A DNA stretch of 64,000 nucleotides, from contig CAVYES010000005.1 of NCBI GenBank assembly GCA_963767735.1, positions 224,001 through 288,000 on the forward strand. The letters are read 5' to 3'. The notes under the pieces were generated by a model. The model did no database searches. It was given only the letters and a program-made list of their open reading frames with translations, and was not told the DNA's origin. The number at the start of each line of letters is the position of its first letter. Position 1 is the stretch's first letter. Origin of the DNA: Candidatus Bathyarchaeota archaeon. GTDB lineage: Archaea; Thermoproteota; Bathyarchaeia; Bathyarchaeales; Bathycorpusculaceae. Positions 1 through 9,299 of the stretch are shown here, piece by piece. The position numbers were made by a program, and so were the translations under genes.

Positions 1-564
1 GTTTTCTACGACAAAAAACGTCAAACGGAACTCAACAAAGTTGCCGGCCAAATAAAAGAGTCAATTCTAAATAATTTCTACGATAACAAACTGAAAAGAT
101 TCATAAAAGGGTTCTACTCAAACGGTCAGCGCGACACCACTGTGGACAGCAGTTTGAGTTTCATTTTTTTGTCGGAAACTTTGGAGCCTGAAGATAAACG
201 AGTCTTAGAAACCATGAGAACTTTAGAAGAGAAACTTTGGATCAACGAGGTTGTCGGTGGGATGGCTAGGTACGAAAATGATGAATATTTCCGTGTTTCA
301 AAAAATATTCAAGGCAATCCTTGGATCATCTGTACACTTTGGCTTGCAAGATGGTACATTGCCAAGGCAACCTCAAAAAATGATTTAAGTAAAGCTTTAG
401 ATTTACTTGGTTGGGCGGTAAAACATGCTTCGCCATCAGGTATATTGGCGGAGCAAATAGATCCTTTTAACGGGAATTTAATTTCAGTATCGCCGCTTAG
501 TTGGAGTCACGCGGAATTCGTCATAACCGCAAGTGAATATGTTGAAAAGTTCAAGAAAATGTGA
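1..564 (+). CDS. Glycoside hydrolase family 15 (glucoamylase/trehalase-like), 5' truncated by window edge
   Basis: Frame open from base 1; motifs GGMARYENDEY, NPWIICTLWLA and GILAEQIDP...SPLSWSHAEF are typical of the GH15 C-terminus. Confidence 0.85.
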   Translation, partial: VFYDKKRQTELNKVAGQIKESILNNFYDNKLKRFIKGFYSNGQRDTTVDSSLSFIFLSETLEPEDKRVLETMRTLEEKLWINEVVGGMARYENDEYFRVSKNIQGNPWIICTLWLARWYIAKATSKNDLSKALDLLGWAVKHASPSGILAEQIDPFNGNLISVSPLSWSHAEFVITASEYVEKFKKM

Positions 565-594
565 TTTAGATGCGTCAGCAAGGAGGGTAAAGAT

Positions 595-906
595 GTGGGT
601 CTGCTAAAAGTATGTGATCTTGAAGTTGCGCCTTTACCAGGAAGCCTAAAAGAGTTCAAAGTGGGAGCCATAGAAATTTTAGTTACCAATATAGACGGCA
701 AATTTTTCTGCACAAGTGCGAGATGCCCACATGCAGGAGGAGCACCATTGTCCGAGGGTACTTTAGAGGGAATTGTGTTAACTTGCCCTTGGCATGAGGC
801 GCAATTCAGAGTGACTGACGGGCAGCTGTTAAGGGGGCCAGCCAAAGATAATTTGCGCGTGTTTGAAAATAAAGTAAAAGACAATCAAATTTTTATTGAA
901 GCATGA
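595..906 (+). CDS. Rieske (2Fe-2S) ferredoxin
   Basis: CPHAG...CPWHEAQF Rieske ligand motifs; GGAGG RBS upstream. Confidence 0.9.
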   Translation: MGLLKVCDLEVAPLPGSLKEFKVGAIEILVTNIDGKFFCTSARCPHAGGAPLSEGTLEGIVLTCPWHEAQFRVTDGQLLRGPAKDNLRVFENKVKDNQIFIEA

Positions 907-1007
907 AATTACTCTTCCAAAACCGGCGCATTAGACTAAGTCGCAAGCGAAACGAGAAAAAGGTTTCTTAAAAAATAGCGCGTGCGCCAATTTTAAGTAA
1001 AAGGGAT

Positions 1008-1481
1008 TTATGGAAAGCCACTTATTAAGTCGTACAAGTAGGCATCCCATTCGGAGGATTCCTTCTTCAGAATCTCCAGCAAATCTGATAGGACTCTATG
1101 ATGTTTTTTCTCATCTTCCAAAATGTTTAGAACAAGTTGCTTAATCTTTTTGTCTTTTACAACTTCACTGATGTCCTTTGCCTGCTTCAACATGGTAGCT
1201 TCTTCTGCGATGTGACTTTTTATCTCTTTTTCTCCAATATCTTTGCTTTCCTTGCCCATGACCGCACTCGAATTCAAGTCGATAAGCATTTGATAAGTGT
1301 CTGAGTGCTTCATGGTGTCTAAGATTATGCTGTGAAGAAACAGTTTAATGATGGGGTTTTGCGCTGATTCATACAACGGGGTGAGTTTTTTAGCTGTCTG
1401 ATCTTCAAAATCTTTCTGTTTCTTAATTTTGCTAAGTGCATCTTCATCTAATATTTCCCAAGACAAATGAATATACCTCAC
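1008..1481 (-). CDS. Ferritin-like/rubrerythrin-like di-iron protein
   Basis: Repeated helix pairs with DTMKH and EDEKKHH (ExxH-type) motifs. Confidence 0.75.
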   Translation of the reverse strand: MRYIHLSWEILDEDALSKIKKQKDFEDQTAKKLTPLYESAQNPIIKLFLHSIILDTMKHSDTYQMLIDLNSSAVMGKESKDIGEKEIKSHIAEEATMLKQAKDISEVVKDKKIKQLVLNILEDEKKHHRVLSDLLEILKKESSEWDAYLYDLISGFP

Positions 1482-1885
1482 TATTTTGTCATAACTATTA
1501 CCTTATTAACTTTTAATCAAACTCTCAAAACCTAACAGCGGCAGCTTTGGAGTTAAGTCGCAAGCTATATCTACAGAATGTCAAATAAAAAATTGTCTAA
1601 CAAGAACCTCAATTATTAATTATGTCAAAATTGAGACGTCACATCTCTTTGCAGCAGCTAAGATTTTCTTCAAACTTAGAAAATACACCAGTTAGTTTCT
1701 GTTGTATCCTTCAGATAATTGTGTAAGTCGACACATTAAACCCGTTAAATGTGTTATTTGCAAGGAAACAATACACGCAAATCGAGTGTTTCTGCCCTTC
1801 AGATTTTAAGCGCGCTCGACCAGTAAAGCAACCGACATACTATTATTTGGTGAGAAAGTATACAATAATTAGATAGGGAGAGGCG

Positions 1886-2275
1886 TTGGTCTTGGAAGTA
1901 GAAAACGTGTTCAAAATAGCGATGACCTGTTCTAGAGTTCGCAAGTTCCTGACAAGCAAGAGTTGGGAATTCCAAGGAAAGGATGAAGAAATGGAGATGG
2001 ACCTGTTCAGAAACAAAAAGACCGGGAAGAAGATGTTCGTCGAGGACATTTCGGAGGACTTTCCAGTGACTTTTCTTATGGGCGAGCTTAGCGTGGCGGA
2101 GTTCAGTATCATTGCTAGTGAATTGGCGCCGGAAATCCAGTTACTGGAAGTTGACAGTAGTTGGGAAGGTAAACCGACGACCATCGTGGTTGCGATGACA
2201 GAAGAGCAAGTTAGGAACATGTTCGGCAGAAGAACGAAGATGAGAAAGCTTGCGGTTCGCCGCGCGAGCGCTTAA
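1886..2275 (+). CDS. Hypothetical protein
   Basis: 129-aa ORF with GGAGAGG RBS; no recognised motif. Confidence 0.55.
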   Translation: MVLEVENVFKIAMTCSRVRKFLTSKSWEFQGKDEEMEMDLFRNKKTGKKMFVEDISEDFPVTFLMGELSVAEFSIIASELAPEIQLLEVDSSWEGKPTTIVVAMTEEQVRNMFGRRTKMRKLAVRRASA

Positions 2276-2439
2276 ACAGCTTTTTCCATTTTAAAGGTTC
2301 CTCTTTCTCGAAGATTTTCATCCTTCAAACTCGGTGAATATTCCACTCTTGCCTTAACTAGAACGCAGATTTCTTTTCCCGTTTTGGTAACTAAATAGCC
2401 ACAGATTTGGGAATTAATGCTTTATTTGGGTTTTCGATT

Positions 2440-2856
2440 CTAAGATAATAACATGGCTACGTTCTGAACTTCGACCTGTTTTTCAGCTTTGGTCTTTAAT
2501 GCCTTGTCTTCCGTTACTAAAACAAGCCCTTTTTCTTTTGCAGCGAAAAGATAGCTTGAATCATAAAATGAGAGTTTTTCGCTCTCTGAGATATCTAATA
2601 TTTTCTGAAAGTTACTTGCTTCGCTGAGTATCTTATCGGTTCTTGCAAGAACCGTTTGAACTCTATTTCGTAGAACTTCTGACTCGTTTTTTGTTAGAAA
2701 CTTCGTTAGGCAGGTTTCTTTCCAGATTGCATTTCCCGCCTCATAAAAAGTTAGGTCAAGGAGGAAAGATGTTCGCAGAAGGTCTAACTCAGTTTGAATA
2801 TTTGCTGTTTTCATTAAAAGCATTAACGAACTTATATCTATAATAAGGCGTTTCAT
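2440..2856 (-). CDS. vapC: VapC PIN-domain toxin
   Basis: IIDISS, FYEAGNAIWK, LSFYDSSYL and LVTEDKAL PIN motifs; ATGA overlap with the upstream antitoxin. Confidence 0.9.
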   Translation of the reverse strand: MKRLIIDISSLMLLMKTANIQTELDLLRTSFLLDLTFYEAGNAIWKETCLTKFLTKNESEVLRNRVQTVLARTDKILSEASNFQKILDISESEKLSFYDSSYLFAAKEKGLVLVTEDKALKTKAEKQVEVQNVAMLLS

Positions 2857-3077
2857 CTTTGGTCTCTTGATTCCCTTATGGCTTTCACGATTTCCTCATC
2901 AGGAATCTTTTGCAGAATAGTCTTTATGTCGCTGAGAGCTTGAGATAATTCTTCTTCTTCACGTTTCCTGATTTCATCTTCTAGAGCCGCTCTCACAGTT
3001 TTGCTGATGTCTACCTTATATTTTCGTGCCTTCTCTTTCAAGGATTTTTTGACCCTGACCGTAACTATTTCTGTCAT
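2853..3077 (-). CDS. vapB: VapB/CcdA-like RHH antitoxin
   Basis: VTVRVKKSLKEKARKYKVDISKTVRAALEDEI RHH fold; ends in IRESRDQR; directly upstream of the PIN toxin. Confidence 0.85.
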   Translation of the reverse strand: MTEIVTVRVKKSLKEKARKYKVDISKTVRAALEDEIRKREEEELSQALSDIKTILQKIPDEEIVKAIRESRDQR

Positions 3078-3247
3078 ACAAATAACGTATTACATTATTG
3101 TATATAAGATTAGCGAAAGAAATACCGCGAATAATGAAACATGGACGTAACGGTGATTGACTTTAGGAACTTTACGGAATAGGCCCACCAAACGTCGAAG
3201 CATAATCAGCAAAGCATTTGGCGTAGAGAATAAAGACTCTTCTTTGA

Positions 3248-3430
3248 GACATAAGCCTCTTCGACGGGGAAATCACCGTAACTGAAAAACAAACCGCGAA
3301 GGGTCCAGAAAAAATTCTGCGAGTCAGAAAACTCGTCGGCCAAAAATACCTTGAGAGCTGCGCCATCAACAAAAGTAGGGTCCTATTTCTTGAGAACACT
3401 TGCCCTACGATCGACCAACCAAATTCGTAA
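3248..3430 (+). pseudogene. Gene remnant resembling the C-terminus of a KaiC/RAD55-like ATPase-domain protein
   Basis: Start-less frame reads DISLFDGEITVTEKQTAKGPEKILRVRKLVGQKYLES; in-frame stops upstream. Confidence 0.45.
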
Positions 3431-3788
3431 ATTGTTATTTTAGGGCATCGTAAATTTAGTATTGCTATACGGATAAAGAGAAGCTGGAAGACCCCCCTCC
3501 GGGGTCTGTCTCTGTCTGTCTATGAGACACACCTCTCAAAGCTTCCTGTTCAACTCGGCGGGTTTACTTTCGAAAAGGTTTTGTTAAACTATTATGTTTG
3601 ATGCGATTGTTCCTACGCGTTAAATTTAGACGTGAGTTTAAATCTAACCCTCTGCACCATTTTCCGAATTCAGACAAACCAGCTAGCTGGAGCAGTCATT
3701 CTATGTTTAACTACTCTTCAAGTTGTTAGTCCTAACTCGCATTTGCGCAGGTTTTAATAGGTAGAATAATGCCATATCATACAATAGA

Positions 3789-4109
3789 GTGAAAGATTTG
3801 CCGACCATTGTAAAAGTTGACGTGGCGGATTTGGACGAAGAGAAAGAGAACCTTGCGAATTTCCTGCATAGCCAATTCGGTTTAAATTCGTCAATAACTC
3901 ATGAGGGCTTGGAACTAAATATGGAAGATGCGTCGACTTACGCTTTGGCAAGAATGGTAACTAAGTTTGTTTATCGCAAAAATCTAAACGGCACGCATTG
4001 GGTTGATGTGAAAAATAACGTGGTCAAAATTAACAGGTTCACACACCAAAAGACAGCTAAGAAAAACAAGCACCCGACTACCGCCTCGACGATCAAACAC
4101 GGGTGGTAA
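3789..4109 (+). CDS. Small basic protein, possible divergent eL22-like ribosomal protein homolog
   Basis: Pattern VDVADL..LANFL..LARMVTKFVYRKNL..WV resembles L22e (LTKKYLKKNNLRDWLRV); recognition from memory only. Confidence 0.5.
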   Translation: MKDLPTIVKVDVADLDEEKENLANFLHSQFGLNSSITHEGLELNMEDASTYALARMVTKFVYRKNLNGTHWVDVKNNVVKINRFTHQKTAKKNKHPTTASTIKHGW

Positions 4110-4199
4110 AAAAAGCAGCTAACAACAAGCCTCAAGTTTTCCCATGGAAAAGCCCTCGTTTCAACAACCATTATAATTGGTTTCGAAAACTTGCGGAAA

Positions 4200-4751
4200 T
4201 TAGGGTTCTTCAAGGTTCACGTCTATGTTTTTTATTAGCTTGTCCAAAACTTCAGTGCTCATCCACTCCGTCTTAAGGTACTGGCGAATTCTTGCAGCAC
4301 TTAGCCCAATGCGCTTGGCTTCCTGCACCGCGTAACGGTATGCTTCGACTTCTGTTGGTCTATCCACGTAATCGTAACGTGGGTCAAAGAGGTCTCGGCC
4401 TTCCATGTGCTGCTTTACGTGGCAGAGTTCATGAACGACGTCAAGATAAATATCTTCTCTGCTTCCGCTGTTCAAGTAACGCTTATTCACCAGCAAATGC
4501 CCATCCTTGTCGCTGACACCCATATAACCAAACCAGATGAAATCCACTTTCAGGTTCCTCAAAACTTCTTCAGTATCTTCCCCGAAGATTCCGCGAACAG
4601 CAGCATTTTTCTCAAAACCCTTAAAATAATCCAAAAATGTACCTCTTTCCGCAGCCAAACGCATAAGACTAATAAACGGCAACCTAGGCAGTAGGCGGAA
4701 AAATCGCCCCGCAACTTTCTCTATCCCGCTCTGAGCAGACACAGCAAACAA
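4200..4751 (-). CDS. Zincin-like metalloprotein (HExxH)
   Basis: VHELCHVKQ plus downstream YVDRPTEVEAY; start uncertain. Confidence 0.7.
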   Translation of the reverse strand: MFAVSAQSGIEKVAGRFFRLLPRLPFISLMRLAAERGTFLDYFKGFEKNAAVRGIFGEDTEEVLRNLKVDFIWFGYMGVSDKDGHLLVNKRYLNSGSREDIYLDVVHELCHVKQHMEGRDLFDPRYDYVDRPTEVEAYRYAVQEAKRIGLSAARIRQYLKTEWMSTEVLDKLIKNIDVNLEEP

Positions 4752-4907
4752 CCTACCTTATTCTGAAAGAGACTCACTCTTCATAAGCATTCAGCCCTTT
4801 GCATCAGCCGCTGCGTCTAAGTACAAGTGAGTTAAGTTAAAATGCTTTCGTCAACCGAAAAAATAATGCATCAAAATTATCGGCGCGCGAAATTCTGAAC
4901 TTGCTTT

Positions 4908-5642
4908 TTAGTTTGCACGCTTTAATTTGCTTGCGGCTATTTGGTAACAGACGATGCCTGCGTAGAAGCCGTATGAAAGAATAAGTATGGGGCGGTGAAC
5001 GGCGTATTTGAGGTCGCTGACCATCAGCTCTACGTGCTTTCTGGTTGTCCAAACTTCCTCCGGTCGATAATGGATGCAATAGGGTTCATAGACGCCTAAG
5101 ACTTTGTAGCCTTTTTTGCCAATCCAATCTTTGATGTATCCGTCCTCGTAAGTATGCAGCTGATACGGTATTTTGATGTCATCAACCGTTTTTCGTCGAA
5201 TTAACGTGTCGTGGGTGCCGCCTCTTTTTTCGAATATTTTTATGGTAACCCGCTCAAACAGCCTCAGTAATTTGCTGTCCCTTAGCACCGACCAAATTTC
5301 GATTCCCCAGACAGCGCCCACGTCGTCTTTCACTAGTTTTTCCGCCTCGGCAAACCAGTTCTTTGACAAGATAACGTCGCTGTCCACAAACATGAACCAG
5401 TCACTTTTGACTAGTCGAATCGCTGTCTGCCTAGCGCTGGCTCTTGTTCCTTTTTCTTGAATGAAGCTAACGTTCCCGTATTTTTCTTGGAACTCCTTCA
5501 CAATTTCTGCTGTAGTATCGGTGGAGAAGCCGTCAACAATAATGAGGTTTTTAACGGGTATGTTCCGGTAAACAGAATTAATACAATCCCTCAACATTCG
5601 TTCGCTGTTCATTGTGAGAATTGCAACGTCAATCGACTCCAT
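4908..5642 (-). CDS. Glycosyltransferase family 2
   Basis: IIVDGFSTDTT and FVDSD (DxD) motifs. Confidence 0.9.
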   Translation of the reverse strand: MESIDVAILTMNSERMLRDCINSVYRNIPVKNLIIVDGFSTDTTAEIVKEFQEKYGNVSFIQEKGTRASARQTAIRLVKSDWFMFVDSDVILSKNWFAEAEKLVKDDVGAVWGIEIWSVLRDSKLLRLFERVTIKIFEKRGGTHDTLIRRKTVDDIKIPYQLHTYEDGYIKDWIGKKGYKVLGVYEPYCIHYRPEEVWTTRKHVELMVSDLKYAVHRPILILSYGFYAGIVCYQIAASKLKRAN

Positions 5643-5785
5643 AGCAAATCAACCTATTTTGCTTTAATTCTGTAGCTTTGGTTAAATAGAAAAGTTTTGG
5701 TTGCTCCCTGTTGCAATCTTATGTTAGCAGAACTGGTAATTGTTGCTTCTTTCAAAAAGTTTTCTTCTCCTTTGCAAAAGCATTT

Positions 5786-6955
5786 TTAATATCCCATCAA
5801 GCCGCAGCATCGGGAGCATATTGGAAAAACTCCGTTGTCGCAGCTTCTTAGGGCTCGTCTGAATTTGCGGTGTTTTTCATTATTGTATATTTCGAGGATA
5901 CTTGATTCCTTAATGTTTCCTGTAACAAAGTCTGGAAAGTCTCTACATGTAACGGTATCTCCATTTGGCATTACGTCTAACTGGAACCACGGTGAAACAC
6001 ATTTTTTGTATCCGAAGAAATTTTCAGGTTCAGTATAGTACGTTCGGATCTCCTCTGGTTTGAGGTCAGGCACAAACAGAATAGGCATTTTGGTTTTTCC
6101 AGATTTTATCTGTTGTACTTGCTCAGCAATTTTGCCTATGTTCAATTTTGTTGTGTCGCGAACGTAGCCTTTCCATGCAAAAGGTGTTATGCCTAACTTT
6201 TCTTCCGCTATTTTTGTGTGTTTTTGTCCTATCCACTCTTTTGTGAACCATGAGTAGTAAATCGTCATGCCGTCGGGGCTTAGTTTTTCTGCTTCTTTCA
6301 CTGTGTCAAGTAATGTGGATTCGTTGTTTTTGGAGATTGTTGTGATAATGAAGATGCCTGGTTTTGTCTTTTTTTTCTGTTTCTTTATCTTTTGGATCGC
6401 CAATATTCCTTTTTTGGCCGTATCTAATGCGCCTGGAACGCCTCGGCATTTGTCGTGAATTTCTCTCGGACCATCGAAGGAGACGCAAATCATATCCCAC
6501 CCGTTTTCAACTATGGTTTCAGCATTTCTCTCTAATCCGACCCCGTTTGTTACTACTTGAACGGTTAGTCCTTTTTGTTTCATGTAGTTAACTAGGGGGA
6601 CCAGTGGTTCGTAGAGGAAAGGTTCTCCGCCTGTTATGTAAACGTGAACTTTTTTTGGAGCAACTTCGTCTATTACTTTTTTGTAAATTTCAACTGGGAC
6701 TTCGCCGGTGACTTTTGGTGTATCGTCTCGTGCATTGTATCCGGCTTGTCCCCATTGTGCACAAATTGCGCATCTATGATTACAGCGATGCGTAATTCTT
6801 AAGCTCAGCAACCCAAGGGAAGAGCTGCTTCCATCCTCATTTCGGTAATCTAGTCTTGATTTAACAAGCCCCCTGTATGAAACTCTAGCGAAGCTCAATA
6901 AGAGCTCAGGGTTTCTGCACACCGGAGTAACAAACTGTGTTGGAATCCGTCTCAT
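5786..6955 (-). CDS. Radical SAM protein with SPASM/twitch domain
   Basis: CNHRCAIC (CxxxCxxC), TGGEP, TNG; C-terminal CVSPW...GDTVTC...GNI...CSRCC. Confidence 0.9.
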   Translation of the reverse strand: MRRIPTQFVTPVCRNPELLLSFARVSYRGLVKSRLDYRNEDGSSSSLGLLSLRITHRCNHRCAICAQWGQAGYNARDDTPKVTGEVPVEIYKKVIDEVAPKKVHVYITGGEPFLYEPLVPLVNYMKQKGLTVQVVTNGVGLERNAETIVENGWDMICVSFDGPREIHDKCRGVPGALDTAKKGILAIQKIKKQKKKTKPGIFIITTISKNNESTLLDTVKEAEKLSPDGMTIYYSWFTKEWIGQKHTKIAEEKLGITPFAWKGYVRDTTKLNIGKIAEQVQQIKSGKTKMPILFVPDLKPEEIRTYYTEPENFFGYKKCVSPWFQLDVMPNGDTVTCRDFPDFVTGNIKESSILEIYNNEKHRKFRRALRSCDNGVFPICSRCCGLMGY

Positions 6956-7352
6956 GAATACTACTCGTTTGCTCTATGCCTTAGACATATATATAATTTA
7001 AGTTTGCCGCATGTCCATCATTTTTGCCAGTTGTCCAGACGCAGAACAATGGTGCTTAGAAATCTCATAGCAATGCTGGCCCGATTTTCATGACCCCAGT
7101 GATTCAAAAAATTAAAGCCGCCTCCTTCAAATGTTCCAAAAGAAGAGACAGAGCGAAACAATGTGTTAAAATTTGTGCTTTCGCAAATTCAATAATTTGT
7201 GGAAACATAATTTCTGCGAATTTATCGAACGTTTTTTGGACAAATGTAATTTACGGCTGCCTTTTTTTAATGTTATACATAATTTTATTAACGATTGACA
7301 ACAGATAGGAAGTTGAGTTGTTAGATTACTCTTAAACAAGAAGGTATCTTGC

Positions 7353-7733
7353 TTGGATAATGAGAATGAAATATTGGAAGAGTTAAAGAAAATTAGAGAA
7401 GCTGTTGAAAAAGCCCCCACACCCGCACCGCCAAAAGGCATGTGGAACGAGTTCAAAGACTTTCTATCATCATACAAAGTTCTTGGCTTGGCTGTTGCTT
7501 TCGTCTTAGGTTTGTATCTTGGCGCCTTGGTTAAGGCGCTTGTAGCAGACTTCGTTATGCCGCTCTTAGGCTTAGCGATTCCAGGTTTGTCAAACTTAGC
7601 TACATATGCAGTTGCGGTTTCGAAGCAGTCGTTTGGCATCGGCGACTTCTTAATAGCTCTAATTACCTTCATCTTTGTGGCACTTGTCGTGTTCCTCATA
7701 GTGAAGGTAGCCAAAAGATGGAAAATAAACTAA
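7353..7733 (+). CDS. mscL: Large-conductance mechanosensitive channel
   Basis: MWNEFKDFL...VLGLAVAFVLG...LVADFVMP...GDFLIALITF. Confidence 0.9.
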   Translation: MDNENEILEELKKIREAVEKAPTPAPPKGMWNEFKDFLSSYKVLGLAVAFVLGLYLGALVKALVADFVMPLLGLAIPGLSNLATYAVAVSKQSFGIGDFLIALITFIFVALVVFLIVKVAKRWKIN

Positions 7734-7744
7734 ACCTTCCCTCC

Positions 7745-7778
7745 TTTCTTTTTTTAAGAAATTTTTTTTTAAAAAAAA
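7745..7778 (+). terminator. T-rich terminator tract after mscL
   Basis: T7 and T9 runs followed by A8 just after the stop codon. Confidence 0.5.
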
Positions 7779-7956
7779 TAATAAGCTAAGTAACATTTTT
7801 ATCAAATAAAAAGATCAAAAAACACGTTTAGGTTATAGGTTGAGACGGCAAAATATATATTCTCAGAAACAAACGAAGACAGTAACTGAAGCAACCGAAA
7901 ATTCATTTAAAACAGAAAATAGAAAAACAAACGTCTCTCTTATTTGATGGTCTACG

Positions 7957-8514
7957 GTGATTGGTTTGGCGTTGGATTGTTTTCTTCCTGGAAAAACGAT
8001 TTTGATAGATGCTTCAGGTTGGGGCGATCTTTTGTTAGGCGTGGTGGTGGGCGCGCTGAAACCTCCGCACCCAATGGTGATGGAACGCCGAATTCCCACA
8101 TCTTCTTTTCAACCGCCGAACTTCAAGAACAAAAAATATTTAGACGATGCCGTAAAAATCGCCAACGAAATCGTTGAAGTAATGCAGCCCGACGCTGAAA
8201 CCTGTTTTAAAGTTTGTTCAGAATACGTCCTTTCCAACGTTTCTGTGTACTTACTAAGCTTAGGGTTCAAAGTTCAAAGGGTCGAATCCACCGGTGAACT
8301 TAAACAGTTGGTTGAAAGAGGCTATGTTAGATGGTGTATCGAAAAAGGGGTGCCTGAAGAAATGCTTAAAGACAAAAGGCGCTTCTGGAAATTTCTGGAC
8401 TGGGTCGCTGAAAAACCTCACTTGCGAGAAAGCCTGGTAAAGACAGGCTGGGCTAGCTGGGAACAAAAGTGGCGAGAAGAAATATTCAAAAAAACCTTAA
8501 ATCAACATAACTAA
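7957..8514 (+). CDS. Hypothetical protein with RNase HII-like N-terminal motif
   Basis: ILIDASGWGDLLLGVVVGA resembles RNase HII IDEAGRGPVIGPMVVA. Confidence 0.6.
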   Translation: MIGLALDCFLPGKTILIDASGWGDLLLGVVVGALKPPHPMVMERRIPTSSFQPPNFKNKKYLDDAVKIANEIVEVMQPDAETCFKVCSEYVLSNVSVYLLSLGFKVQRVESTGELKQLVERGYVRWCIEKGVPEEMLKDKRRFWKFLDWVAEKPHLRESLVKTGWASWEQKWREEIFKKTLNQHN

Positions 8515-9018
8515 ACTAATTTACCCAATTCTCTATAGCGTCAAAAATTTTAACACACATGCAGAATTAATTCGTGGGCGGCTTTAACTTTTTTATGGAT
8601 TAAAAAGAGCATGGCCTTCTTGAGTTAAGTTATTAAGAAGAACAGGTTGGGTCTGAGCCTTAAACATGTTCGCGGTCCATTGAGGCGATGTCTTTGTCGC
8701 TTCATGGTCTTTCACCGTTTTGACCACGCCGCTCATCTCCTCGCTGCAACAGTGCATGTCCAGCCCATCGAAGCAAAGTCTTTGACGCGCATCAATTTTC
8801 CGCTGTTTTAATTGATGCGCTCCCTGCCTCGACACATTGCGTCTAAAGCGTGCTCCCCGACCTGCAATAACTAATAGGCTGAGGTTTGATTTAACCTGTC
8901 TTGAACAAAAGCGCGGCAATAGCACAATTTTTTAAGCTGATAAAGACCTCCTTTCTATCTAAATTCTATTTCATCAACCGAAAACCGTCTTCAAGAGCCT
9001 GGGCGACCAGATTACATT

Positions 9019-9056
9019 TTTGACATAAACTACGCAATTTGACATGAACAACGCAA
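9019..9056. repeat. Tandem 19-bp direct repeat (17/19 identical)
   Basis: TTTGACATAAACTACGCAA / TTTGACATGAACAACGCAA. Confidence 0.75.
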
Positions 9057-9299
9057 TTTTTCTGAAACCTGAAAGCTCACACGATACTTCCAAACTGGGC
9101 GGTTTTGTTACAACCGTATCGCTTAGGAAGGGGGCCTAAATGCACGGCTGTTTTGATGTTGCAGCTTCCTCTGCTTTGAGTTTGCAAAAGTTAGAAGCCC
9201 GCCGAAAATGGCATTTTCAGTTGCATATGTTATGCGAAAACCGTTGACTTTGATTGATAAACTATTTATGGCACACCAGACACACTGGGTAAAACTTTA

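Noticed and set aside
7166-7714. Long antisense ORFs such as 7166-7714, 31464-32126, 32335-32898 and 44959-45513
   Set aside because: Shadow frames opposite well-supported genes.
8840-8870. GCAGGTCGGGGAGCA on the minus strand recalls SRP RNA helix 8
   Set aside because: It lacks the GNRA-capped stem and the rest of the SRP fold.
8593-8925. 110-aa ORF on the minus strand
   Set aside because: No RBS, no recognisable motif, and composition unlike neighbouring genes.
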